Source: Podarcis erhardii (Eukaryota). Taken from it: a stretch of DNA of 64,000 nucleotides. A model generated the notes under the pieces. That model was not told the DNA's origin, made no database searches, and saw only the letters and a list, made by a program, of their open reading frames with translations. Positions 1 through 11,703 of this stretch are shown here, in pieces; position 1 is the stretch's first letter, and every line of letters begins with the position of its first letter. The DNA lies in assembly GCA_964252035.1 (NCBI GenBank), contig OZ176212.1; one strand, given 5' to 3'. A program made the position numbers and the translations under genes.

Positions 1-85
1 GAAAAAGGGACATCCTACCATACCCTCCAACATTTCTCCAGTAAAAACAGGGACAGCCTGAAGAAAAGCAAGACATTCCAGAATC

Positions 86-323
86 AAGAAGAAGAGGAGT
101 TTGGATTTGATATCCCACCTTTCACTCCCCTTAAGGAGTCTCAAAGCGGCTAACACTCTCCTTTCCCTTCCTCCCCCACAACAAACACTCTGTGAGGTGA
201 GTGGGGCTGAAGTGTGACTAGCCCAAGGTCACCCAGCAGCTGCATGTGGGGGAGCGGAGACGCAAACCCGGTTCCCCAGATTACGAGACTACCGCTCTTA
301 ACCACTACACCACACTGGCTCTC
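86..323 (-). mobile_element. Squam3/MIR(Ther1)-type tRNA-derived SINE
   Basis: Reverse strand starts gagagccagtgtggtgtagtggttaagagc (A box), has a CORE-like ctgggtgaccttgggctagtcac segment and ends in a TC-rich tail. Confidence 0.75.
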
Positions 324-1490
324 AAATCAGGAACTGGGACGGCTTCTCAAAATTAGGGATGCCCCTGGAAAATAAGGACACTTGGAGCATCTGCAGGTAG
401 GCAGGCAGGTGGGCGCTGCTTGAAGACAGAATCAGGTTGGTGGAGCTGTGCCCCATTTGCACTAATGAGCTATGTTGCACTAGGCATCTTTGGGGGAAAG
501 GGCTGGAGACACTGCTTGTCCAATATGGTATTGTTATTGGAAGAAAATGTCTGGAATGGGGGGGTGCGCACACACACACACACCCACAGCACCCACCCAC
601 AGCATGAGTCCATGACTCTGCTGCTACTGCTACCACAAGAGAAGAGAGAGGAGAAGGAGGAGGCGGAGGCGGAGGCAAGTGGCAGGTGTTTGCAGGTGAC
701 TTTATATTCCCATCCCTATTTTTCCTCTTTCCCTTTTGTAACAGGCAGCAAAAAGGGCAACAGAGTGGTGAGGATCACAGCACAAGCCTCAAGGGGAGAG
801 AAAGTGCTGAAGGGGTAAGCAGCTGTACTACTCCAGACATTTTTCGATTGGGCTGATTATCTAGATCGTAATATTTTATTTTTTTAAGAGGGCACATAGG
901 GGGACTTGGGGACCACAAAAACATTTTCACATAACAATTGTATCAAGGGGAATGCAGGAGTAGTCAGTTTTAAAGTAGACATCTAAAAATAAATTAAAAG
1001 CATTTTTAAAATGGACAAATTAGGGGGTCTCAGAAAATGTTTGGCATCTCAGTGAAGCAGTAAGGTGGAAGAAACATTGTTAAGTTTTTTATATTAATAG
1101 ACAAATGGGGGTTCTTGGAGCGCCAGAAAAAATGTTTGGTGTCACAGTATCAAGGCAAGGAAGCAGACAGCAATATATATTTTTAAAAATGTGGGGAGGG
1201 AACTGAAATAAAATATTTAGGCAGGTTGTGGGTTTGCTGCCCTGATCTAGATCCATTTTAATCTGGGTTCGAGACTAGGTTCCATGCTAAAAAAACACCT
1301 TGATCACCCTGCTGAATGACCAGCACTGGGAGAAGACATGCAGACAGCTGTGATCCAGTCAGTTTTCTTAAGCCTCTCTGCAGATTTCAGAATCACAACC
1401 ACAGTAGCTTTCTCTAGCCTGGCTGTTCAGGATGGGAGCTGAAGCAACTTTGCTGCAGTCGTTCTCATCCTAATTGCTGAAAGACTGTTA

Positions 1491-1495
<5 letters not shown>

Positions 1496-1570
<75 letters not shown>
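1496..1570. repeat. Compound (TG)n(AG)n microsatellite
   Basis: Directly visible dinucleotide runs. Confidence 0.95.
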
Positions 1571-1571
<1 letters not shown>

Positions 1572-1869
1572 CTTAAGTGAGGCTTACATGTCATACGTAG
1601 GTGAAGTGGGTCCTAGTCCATTAAAGCTTATGCCACAATAAATGTGTTGGTCTTCTAGGTACCACAAGACTCATTGCTGTTTTGCAGCAACATATTCTGC
1701 TGCCCCACTGGGAAGTGTTGATATTTCAGTACTGAATAATTTGAATAGCTATTTTAATTCCTCCCAGCAAATGTTTTCTGTAGCAAACAGCAGGCTAAGG
1801 TGCCACTTTTTTCTTTCTTTTTTAACAGAAGCATGTTTTTGTTCCTGTAACAACTGCCCAACAGACAGA

Positions 1870-2030
1870 ATGAAGAAGAAGCCCTGCTGGATCAGACCAA
1901 ATGGCCATTTAATACAGCCTCCTCACAGCGGCCAACCAGATGCCTATAGAACATAAGCACAAAAGCCCTCTCCCCATTTCTGCTCCCTGGCAACTGATAT
2001 TTCGAGAGACCATAAAGAAGAGCCCTGCTT
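1870..2030 (-). mobile_element. CR1-type LINE 3'-end fragment
   Basis: aagaagccctgctggatcagacc...cacagcggccaaccagatgcc core, shared with copies at ~2515-2650 and ~51972-52150. Confidence 0.6.
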
Positions 2031-2119
2031 ATGGATTGAGCCAAAGGGTCTTTGGGTTGCCACACTTTGAAGAGAAAAAAAGAGGACATATTTGCTGACA
2101 TCTACTTTTAACTATTTGA

Positions 2120-2476
2120 GGGACGTGGGTGGCGCTGTGGGTTAAACCACAGAGCCTAGGACTTGCCGATCAGAAGGTCGGCGGTTCGAATCCCCATGAA
2201 GGGGTGAGCTCCCGTTGCTTGGTCCCTGCTCCTGCCCACCTAGCAGTTCAAAAGCACGTCAAAGTGCAAGTAGATAAATAGGTACCGCTCCGGCAGGAAG
2301 GTAAACGGTGTTACCATGCACTGCTCTGGTTCAACAGAAGCAGCTTAGTCATGCTGGCCACATGACCCAGAAGCTGTATGCTGGCTCCCTCGGCCAATAA
2401 AGCGAGATGAGCACCGCAACCCTCAGTCATGACTGGACCTAATGGTCAGGGGTCCCTTTACCCTTTACCTTTACTT
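2120..2476 (+). mobile_element. Full-length Sauria SINE (Squam1)
   Basis: tRNA-like head (gggacgtgggtggcgctgtgg; B box ggttcgaatcc), typical body, (ACCTTT)n tail. 13-bp duplication TACTTTTAACTAT at 2103-2115 and 2472-2484. Confidence 0.9.
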
Positions 2477-2514
2477 TTAACTATGGATCTCTAAGGCGAC
2501 TCTCATAATGAAAA

Positions 2515-2650
2515 AGAGGACCTGTCCTGGAAAAAGAGAGTATATGGCAACCCAGCATCCTGTAATCACAGTGGCCAACCAGATGCCTGTGGGAAGCAGG
2601 GAAGCAGAGCCTGATTGTAGAACATTAGCCACGAATAGCATGCTCCTCCA
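2515..2650 (-). mobile_element. CR1-type LINE 3'-end fragment
   Basis: cagcatcctgtaatcacagtggccaaccagatgcc core, same family as 51972-52150. Confidence 0.5.
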
Positions 2651-2693
2651 TGGATTTGTCCGACTCACTTTTAAATATTGGCTTTTTGCAGTT

Positions 2694-2977
2694 TAGTAGC
2701 GCTGGGGAGACCATGCATTAAAAAGGGACTCAAAAATAACTTAAACAAGGTTTTAATAACAAAAACAAAAACTCCTTATACACTAAATACATCAACAACA
2801 AACCAGACCCAACCACCAACCCATCCCCCAGGGTAATGGGAGAGCTAGGTGCTGCTCCTTATATATTACACCCAATTGCTTACACACAGCTTGATTAACA
2901 CAACTCAGCAGCACCTGCTATGTTTCACAGCTGTAAGACTGGGTCTCGTTATTTGCCCTGGCCCTTAAAGACATACA
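2694..2977 (-). mobile_element. Putative solo LTR
   Basis: Minus strand begins TGT, contains a TATATAA box and ATTAAA, and ends ...gcgctac(t)a. About 285 bp; no clean TSD found. Confidence 0.4.
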
Positions 2978-3106
2978 CAACTTGTGAAACAGTAATGAAC
3001 CTTCACATTTTAAAGTGACCATTCAACATTAAAGCCATCCAGTTTGGTGTTCTCCTGTGGGAGTGAATGCCAAAGTTTAACTATGGTATGCTTTGTTCAA
3101 GAAGTA

Positions 3107-3228
3107 TCATAGAATCCTAGAGTTGCATCTTGTGTAACCCCCTGTGATGCATGAGTCTTTTCCTCAATGGGGGCTGGAACCCACAACCCTGAGATTAAGA
3201 GCCTCAGGCTCTGCTGACTGAGCTAGCC
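3107..3228 (-). mobile_element. tRNA-Lys-derived SINE with CR1-like tail (degenerate)
   Basis: Minus strand ggctagctcagtcagcagag...taatctcagggttgtgggttcc head and ttctatga tail. Confidence 0.7.
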
Positions 3229-3759
3229 TTTTGTTTGCCCCGAATCTTCCAACATCCAGCTTCACATGGACCTACTGTTATGAGATCGGGAGATAAACTT
3301 ATCACTGTCCAGGTTCGCAAGATACATATATTTATATATTTCTACCATGCTCCCCGCACCAGATGCCCTTTCCTCCTAAACTAAGAAGCTCAAAGCACTC
3401 CATTTTGTGTGTGTTTGGGGGGGGACTTTTCAAGCTCTACATCTTGTCTGAGTTGTGGAGACCAGAACTCTACACGGTGTTCCAAGCGAAGCTTTTCCCA
3501 GCATGGAAAGGGGGGGGGGGGCGTTCTGCCCTTAACATCATCAGCGCAGGCGGCCAAGCGACGAGGAGAAACAGAAAGTCTTGGATTTCCACGACAAAGA
3601 GTCCTTTGGCACCCAAAAGACCAGCTGATTTAGTGTGGCGCTATCTGTCATGGAAGAAGACCACAGCTCCTCGGATGCGTGAATCCTCCTCCCAAAGAGG
3701 CGTCGAACTGGAATTGGCACACACGCATCCCCTGTCCCTTTAAAAGAGTTGCATAGAAG

Positions 3760-4450
3760 GGAGCATTCTGTCAGACGCTGTTTCTCCCAGCACTGCAGCG
3801 CTGTGGTGGGAAAAGCCACGTCGAGGGGGGGGGGGAATCTCCGTTCTCTGCAACTCTTAAAGGAACAGGATGCCGACGACGACTCAACACCCCCCCTGCA
3901 CTGAGCAGGCAACCCTGGTTTGGGCTCTCCCGAGTCTTTCCAACCTTCCCCGGGGGGATCTAGGCACTGGCAGGTCGGCGCTGGGACCCAGGAGGCGCTT
4001 CCGACTGGCGCGCTCGCCTTCTCCGCCGGGTCCATCTGCTGGGTCCGTGCGCCTCCCGGATGCCCGGCTCCGACCAGCCCGGCTCTTTTGTTCTGCAGCG
4101 GCCGGGCGGCGAGAGGTTTCCCACCGGACGCTCATCTCCCCACCCACCGCCGGCCCATTGAAACCTTCAGTTGCCGCAGATCACAATGCAAAACAGGTAA
4201 TAGCCGCTGCCTTTGCCTCCTGGTTTGGGTGGGTAGCTCTCTCCCTCGCCCCCCGCTCCCCCTTCCTGCCCAGCCTAGATCACAAATGGGGCGGGCGGGG
4301 AAAGCTTTGCAGCTCCGGGCGCTTCTCTGCAGGCTGGGGGCGCCAGGAGGAAGGGAGGGAGCAGGACCCTCGATCTGCGAGGTGGACGAGAGATGGTTTG
4401 CATTGCAACGGGTCTGCTCCCTTTAAGCGAGACTTGTTTGCGTTTAAAGG
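3760..4450 (+). promoter_or_regulatory. CpG island; probable ZNF524 promoter and non-coding exon 1 (donor CAG|GTAATA at 4197)
   Basis: High GC and CpG density upstream of the ZNF524 coding exon; candidate 5' splice site at 4197-4198. Confidence 0.6.
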
Positions 4451-5660
4451 ATCGGGGTCGAGCCGGGGATTGTTGTGATGAAGATGATTTTAACGCAAAT
4501 GGTTCTTCTAATGCATTCCTTCCCCTCTTACCGTTCCCTATCCAAGGGGAATCCAGCTCCCCTAGAAACCCCTTCTGTTTATTTATTATTATTATTATTT
4601 AAATAATCCCAAATGCCTTCGGGCTGGCTCGTGATGGGAGTGAGGGAAGGGCACTCAGCACATGCCCAGAGGTGCCCTCTTCCCTATAGTCGAGCAAAAT
4701 CAGCCCAAAAACAAAACACAAAAGAGGGGGGCACTCAGGATCGTTCTAGAATCTGTCGCTAGATTCTGGAAGATTCATTGGCCCAAGGCTGCCAAAGTCT
4801 CAGTTCAGATTAAGCAACGAAGCTGGTTCTTATGTTATGGCTGTGACAGGGACTTGGTCACAGGAATTTAGCTGAAAGATTGTGCATGACTCCCTTTTAT
4901 CCAGTGTTAACAATCTGTAGGATTGGTGGAATGTGGAAATGAAATGAATTGGATGTTGCTGATGGGGGAATCTCTTTTCCTAATTCAAACTGACAGCAAC
5001 ATGGTGAATTTATACTCTCCCTATTCATCTTTTCTTTTCCCCCTTAACATTTCCAGTAGTGGATGCTGTTGGACTTTAGCATTTGTTTGTTTAGAAAAGT
5101 GCAAAGGAGCTGGATTTGGCAACTTGATGCATAGCATGATAGCTTTAAAATGAATCAACCAGGGTTGTTTTTTAAAAGTATTTCTCAAAGTTAAATTTTG
5201 AAAGTAGGGTTAGAAAATGGTCAGAATTCAAACGCAATCCACTGAAACATTGCCAAGCTTCAGATCTGTGCAAAATGTAATTGCCGTTCTAGTCGGTTCT
5301 ATTTTGTATTTCAACATATTTCTGTAGAACTGGACGAGCAGCATCTGGAGAAAGTATTTGCAGAGAAGCTGGGAGACTGCTCTTTATCAGCAGATACCAG
5401 TTAAAAATGTATTAATATTCTGCTTAGACTGTTTTCTAGGGCTGTTTGGAAATGGGTTCCAGAGCAGAACAGACTCAACTCTGAGTCCTGCATTATAGCC
5501 GTGCCAAGAGATACCTGCTAGGTTTGTCTCCTGGTAATACAGATCTACATCTAAGTAATGGCAAGAGGTAATTCCCAGCAGATAAGCAAGTGAGTTTCTG
5601 CAGCTGACATCTGCTGTATCTTGGGGATAGATGGCAACCCCCAAGGAGCCCTGGGAATTA

Positions 5661-6029
5661 CCCGTATTTTTCGCTCTATAACACGCACTAGACCATAACA
5701 CGCACGTAGTTTTTAGAGGAGGAAAACAAGAAAAAAAATATTCTAAACGAAATAGTGGATATATGATTTTTGTGGTTCATGCTGTGGCCACAGACATGTG
5801 ATCTGACAGTGAGTTTGGAGTAGCCCAATGCAAAAATCCTGAGGATCCATGTGGATCCATGCTTTGTAACCACGGAGGAGGGAAGGAAGGGGAACCATGG
5901 ATCCTCTGCTCACGACTGCAGCAGACACCCCTCCCCGCCACCTGCAGGCATTCGCTCCATAACACGCACAGACATTTCCCCTTACTTTCTAGGAGGAAAA
6001 AAGTGAGTGTTATGGTGCAAAAAATACGG
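5661..6029. mobile_element. Tc1/mariner (pogo/Tigger-like) MITE
   Basis: TIRs ccgtattttt / aaaaatacgg flanked by TA on both sides; internal repeated ataacacgcac motif. Confidence 0.75.
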
Positions 6030-7297
6030 TACATAGTTTGTGTGAACTATGTTTAGGGTACATATTCAGATGTCCTAAGCGTTCCTCCTGAATGTCTGTA
6101 AACAAATCTGCTCTACTTGCAAAAGTGTGGTGCACATTGCAATAAGGGATATAAGGCAAGGGTCACACATAGAATTGCAGTCTCCTCCTTTCTATCCTTG
6201 CCTCAGAATCAAAGCCCCCACCTCCTATGCACGATCAAACTTGGTTTCTTCTCAGTTATCTGGAATAGCTACCCAATCTGCATCCTTGGAATGGCTAATT
6301 CAGTTTAGAATTCCCACTTCACTCATGAGTGCGTATTGAAAGCTGGAGGAAAACTACACGCTTGATCTGTTCTGGGTATGGCAGGATGGTTAAAATTAGA
6401 TTATTGGTGTTAACAGATCTTAAGTATGAGTAGCGCAGACCCTCTTGCTGATGCAGTGCATGTTCATATATGAAGTTAGCGTGCGCTCGCATGCAAATGT
6501 CATGAATGTACAGTGAATAACTGTACACACAGTTATTCACAGACGTAAAATGCATGTCTTTGTGTATATGTTTTTGCTCACAGATACCTTGTAGACATAT
6601 GCATGTTTGCATTCCCATCCACAAGGGAAGATGTTATCTGCAAGACTCTCTTAAGACCAATTTAGACTGTGCACATGTGCAGACACTGTGCACCATTATA
6701 TCCATGCTCTAGTGCGTAGTCACACCCACAATTCAGTGTATATTTTAAAAGAACTGCACATACAGATTCAGGTAAGTGTGCACAGAGTGCACATATACAG
6801 TTAGGGTTTATTTTAAATGTTTTAGATTTCAGCCCAATTTGGAGGAGGCAGTAACTGGTGAGGAGGCTGGGGAATTGGACTCTCATTCATAGTTTATGTA
6901 ACTTGAGGGTTAACCCTGCTGAGTTCAAAAGGAATCACTTCCGTAAATGTTGCACTCTTGATCTCTAAGGTGCCCCAGTGCTTTTTGCCACTGTAATTTA
7001 AGGCGCCTAGGGTACTAGCCAAATAAGTCACACTCCGAGTAGACCCACAGAAATCAGTGGGCCTACGCTGAGTGTGGCTCAGTTGGCTATCACTCCATGT
7101 CTTTTGGAATGAGTACTTGGATGTATTCTCGGGGTCTGAAATGCAAAGATGGTAGTGGCGCTTATACTTTTGCAGAAGACCAAATGCATTGCTGGGGTGG
7201 CGGGGTCTTCCTGGTGGGCTTCTCTGTGGTTCTCACTGTTCTCCCGTCTCCGCAGCGATGTCCCTGTAGCTGAACGCGCTCTTGTTCCTGGTGCCCA

Positions 7298-8422
7298 ATG
7301 GAGCCATCTCACAGGTGGCATGTCGACAGGGGTGATGGGCATCCAGCGGAGCTGCAGGCAAAGGCTCGGGTGCTGGTGCCAGGCGGGAGTAGTTGGCCAC
7401 GAGCGGAAAACCATGGCAGCGTCGGGCTTGAAAACCAGGTGATAGAAACCTGCCCCCCAGTTCCTTGGGCTCACTATATGCAGACCCCACTCAGCAATGA
7501 CAGCCCCCAGAACCACACGGCCCTAGAGGACAGGCCTTCTCATCCCGAGATCTACAGCATTGCCCTGTGGGGGCCCAAACTGCATTCGGCGCTGACCAGG
7601 CACAGAGGGGGGCGGTCCAATGCACAGGCCTCCCCTCCGGCCTCCAAGCATCTTGATCCGCCAGGAGAGGGAGACGCTGCAGACGAAGGGTCCATGGTGT
7701 TGATTGATGCTGAAGGGGTGCCCCACACTGTGTCCCGCCAAGAGGTCGAGCAGGCTGGGCAGATGCAATCCTCTGAGCCCGAGCTATTGGCATCAGCCCC
7801 GCCGCCCCGGCAGCTGTACTTCTGCCCCATTTGCCTACGGACGTTCCTGTACCAGTCGGACCTGGAGCGCCACAGCATCACCCATTCGGAGAGCAAGCCG
7901 TACGTGTGCCGCGAGTGCGGCAAGGCTTTCAAGCGCTCCTCGCACCTTCAGAGGCACAAGCACATCCACACCGGCGAACGGCCCTTCAGTTGCCCGGTCT
8001 GCCGCAAGGGCTTCCGGGAATCCGGGGAGCTCCTGCGCCACCAGCGAGTCCATACCGGGGAGAAGCCGTACCAGTGCCAGATCTGCCGGTTGCGCTTCAC
8101 GGAGCGCAACACCCTCCGCCGACACGCCAAGCGCAAGCATGCCCGTGAGACCTACTACCAGCGCTCCGTCGAGGAGGGAGGCGGCAGCTGGACAACGGCA
8201 GGAGACTGGGAATCGGAAGTGGTGGCGGGAAGCGGTGACTGGGGGCCAGAGGAACTTGGGAGTGGCTGGACCAACGAATCAGTGGAGGACTGGGTCGGGG
8301 ATGGGAGCCACTGGGGAGAAGCTGCAGAAGGCGGGGCAGGAAGCACTCCGGTAGCTATGTCACAGATACCAGAGACAGAACACAGCAAGGACAAAGACAA
8401 GCCTGGGATCCAGCCCTCATAA
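7298..8422 (+). CDS. ZNF524: Zinc finger protein 524: four C2H2 fingers preceded by a VLIDAEGVPHTV motif; single coding exon
   Basis: Fingers CPICLRTFLYQSDLERHSITH ... CRLRFTERNTLRRHAKRKH match ZNF524 as recalled; acceptor tctccgcag at 7255; expected syntenic position. The true start may be Met 7478 (MQTP..., resembling human MDTP...). Confidence 0.88.
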   Translation: MEPSHRWHVDRGDGHPAELQAKARVLVPGGSSWPRAENHGSVGLENQVIETCPPVPWAHYMQTPLSNDSPQNHTALEDRPSHPEIYSIALWGPKLHSALTRHRGGRSNAQASPPASKHLDPPGEGDAADEGSMVLIDAEGVPHTVSRQEVEQAGQMQSSEPELLASAPPPRQLYFCPICLRTFLYQSDLERHSITHSESKPYVCRECGKAFKRSSHLQRHKHIHTGERPFSCPVCRKGFRESGELLRHQRVHTGEKPYQCQICRLRFTERNTLRRHAKRKHARETYYQRSVEEGGGSWTTAGDWESEVVAGSGDWGPEELGSGWTNESVEDWVGDGSHWGEAAEGGAGSTPVAMSQIPETEHSKDKDKPGIQPS

Positions 8423-11400
8423 ATATGCAAAAACTAGGGGAGGGCGGGGGGCACCAGGGACTGGGACATGTACTCTGCCCTGCAACTGTCTAAAAGGACT
8501 TAAACCTCTGTAACTGCATTGAGACTTTTCCCGCCCCCTCAAGTGAGGGCATGAGACTGAGGATAGGACCGTTTCCTAGAGCTGCTCTAGAATATTATGG
8601 CCTTTGAAGTATCAATGGGTGGGCATCACCAAAGACTGGAGAATGCTACTGGTGGACAGGGAAACATGACTGTCCCCTCCTTCCAACAATTATATCATGA
8701 CATCCGGAGCTGTTGAGGGATTGGAGAAACAGTGTTATGTGTTAAACTCTGTAGCAGAGTATAGCAAATGAAACTGGGGAATTTGCTGTTTCTTGTGGTT
8801 TCCCAGAGGAATGGGCACTGGGTGATGTGTGCTCCTCTCCCGGTTGTACCAAACAAAATGCCGATACACGTTGGTCCTCTGTAAGATTATTTGCCCCATT
8901 CTGAGTTGCTTTCTTGGCTCCTCCATGCGGTGGGGCATTTTCAAGTTTGCAAACTTTTCAATGAATTAACATATGCAAAAGAGCAGTTGTCTCCTTTTTC
9001 CTCCTTCCCCGTTCTTCCCCCGCCCCCATCTTTCCAAAAAGTGTGATCTAAGGTTTGGAGATCTCTCCCTCAGCCCATAATGTGCGTGCTTGAGTCTAGA
9101 GTTTGAGGGAATTGAAAAATCTGGGTACATGTGGAGTTCTATGTCTTTGTGTATATGTGTGTGCACTTCTCAATAGGTGTGAGGCAAAATCCTAATGTGT
9201 AGGCAGAGATCCAATTTGAATACATGTCTGGAAGTGAAGGACTGAAAGGAAGGACAAAGGGAAGGACAACAGGCCCCAATCCCTCCCTTCTACACACTGC
9301 AGCTTTCTCCCGTTTCCCTCTCAACATCCAGAGATGATGTGCGCTTAATACCTCAGTCCTAAGCACATACACTTACAAGTAAATTGCATTCAAATCAGCC
9401 AGAATTACTTTTAAATAAATGTGTTTAGGGCTGAGATGTTAGGCCATCATCTGGTCCAGAGTGCCACATGAAGCAAGATCTTGACAAAGAATGAGCAGGG
9501 CAGATGTGCCGGTGCTACCACTGCACCACAAAGGTTAACTCGTGCTTTCTCTACATAAAGTCTTGAGACATCAATGTTTTGTGAAAAGTGTTGAAAATTC
9601 TGTGAGGAATCTCAAGCCCCCTCACAGAACTTACATTTCCCACTACTGTACTTGTAGACTGTTCAACCCATATACTTTTGGGCTTCTCATCTAAAATTTC
9701 CCCCCTAGCAAATTAAAAGAAGTCGGAGGCAGCAAGTTTACATAAACTCACAATGTTCTCTTTGGGAAAGAACATGGCTGCTTTCAGTGGAGGCCCCCAT
9801 TAGGGCAAATAGGGCAACGCCCCACCAACCTTAGTCTGCTTCCTGCCAGCTGCCAGCCGCCTGCCTTCTTACATACAAGCAGCCTGGGGTGGCTGTAGCA
9901 GCTTCCTCCTCCTTAGTCTCTGTGTTCGCCCTTGTAGAACTCACCAGAGGAAAGGAATAGGGACTAAACTAGAATTGTTTGGCTCTGTCTCTCATTGGCT
10001 CTGGCTCCATCTACTTTTGGGCTCTCTGCTTTCTGCTGTACCAGTTCCAGTGTGCGGCAGTCACCACTGGCTGTTTTAAATGGTTCCAAACAGAGCTAGC
10101 CCTACCATTAGGCAGAGTGGAGCAGCAGATTATGGGGAGATAGAGTGGCATCGAAGTGTTGGAGGTCACATCTCTGTGTGGCATACAACCTGCTCTGCAC
10201 CTTCTAAACTAGCCTACTGACCTCAAGCATGGTAGAGGCTGCCGCCCCGTTAGTTGCCAGTCCACTTAGTGGAATGAGAGGAGGCGCCATCTTGTCCTTC
10301 ACCTCTGGCAGCAAATTGCCTTGGGTTGGACAGTGTCCCAATCAGGATATATTTGGAGGGAAGCAAAAGGGGAATTTGAGCTTTGGCAATGTCTGTCTTA
10401 CATTTTGAAGGCGACTTCCCTAATCAAACACAAGGCATCTCTTACAGGGCAGAACACATGGGAGGAAGAGTATGAGAGAGCATGCTGCAGATGGGAGAGA
10501 AATCAGCATGGTGATTCTCCATGATTTCTGTTTAAAAAGTGTAGGCTTTTGATACAAGTAATGGTTAGAATCCAAAAAGGGGCAATGTCTGCAAAACTGA
10601 GACCACGCTGTAATATTACCGTGACCCGGAGTTTTATAATTATTTTACATATATTTGGCATGTGATGTACATGAGGGTTGGATGTTTTCTCCTGTCTTTA
10701 TGCTGTTGCACTTGATCTGAACTGAGATTTGCCCAGGTGCGTGATTGCACAAGCATTCAATGACCTGCTTACAAGGTCACATCCTTGTACTCTGTGTTAC
10801 GTCAATATGAAAATAGCTAACATTCCCTTTCTTCCTTCCTCACAATCATAACTGCAGATTGAGTCTCCCATTTCATTTATGGCTGCTTCCTTGCAATTCC
10901 TTTCCTAAACCAAGTTCTTTATACACAAGTAACAAGCAGTGTAGAAGCAGCTTGAGAAATTGTTGGCTGCTCAGTCACAACTTATGAATGCACAGTGGCT
11001 CCCCATATGGATCTGCCACTATCAAGTGGTTTTCTTCATGGCACTGCAAAACACTCCTACCAGTGGTTTACAGCAGCTCAGAGAGAAAACGAGTGGAGGT
11101 CCAGTCTGCAAGGTGAGCCACTGCTCACTGTTAATGACATAATTCCCTTACTGATTCAGTTTCAAGTGGTGTGTCTGACAAGGTGCCTGTGCAAGCTGAT
11201 GCTAAATGAGAACTTTATGAACATCCTTGTGGCAGTTGGAGAAAGCAGGGTTGGTTGTATCACTCCATGCTACTGAAAATGATATGGACCCCCACCTTTC
11301 TAAATTGCAGATGATAAGAGGTGACATGGGTTGAACAGTCTGCATGAGATAAGGAGCTATGAGAGCACTCAAAAATTCATTTTTGTAGATACCACTGCTT

Positions 11401-11484
11401 GCATCTCCAGAATTTCTCTTGAAGCCTAATTTCCTGTATCAAAAGCCTAACAGGGAGCAGAGAAGGCTTCATTACAAGTGTGTT

Positions 11485-11488
<4 letters not shown>

Positions 11489-11553
<65 letters not shown>
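11489..11553. repeat. Compound (TG)n(AG)n microsatellite
   Basis: Directly visible dinucleotide runs. Confidence 0.95.
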
Positions 11554-11558
<5 letters not shown>

Positions 11559-11564
11559 ACAGAA

Positions 11565-11703
11565 GCTGGGATAACTCAGTCAGTAAATAATCTCAGGGTC
11601 ATGGGTTTGAGCTACATGTTGGGCAAAATATTCTCGCATTGCAGGGGGTTGGACTAGATGGTCCTTGTGGTCCCTTCCAACTCTACAATTCTATAATTCT
11701 ATG
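11565..11703 (+). mobile_element. tRNA-Lys-derived SINE with CR1-like 3' tail
   Basis: ataactcagtcag...aatctcagggtcatgggtttgagc head; ggggttggactagatgg...ggtcccttccaactctacaattctat tail. Confidence 0.8.

Noticed and set aside
1-3760. FIZ1, expected head-to-head with ZNF524 from recalled human synteny
   Set aside because: No FIZ1-like coding exon or convincing minus-strand first exon was found in the window; it may lie outside.
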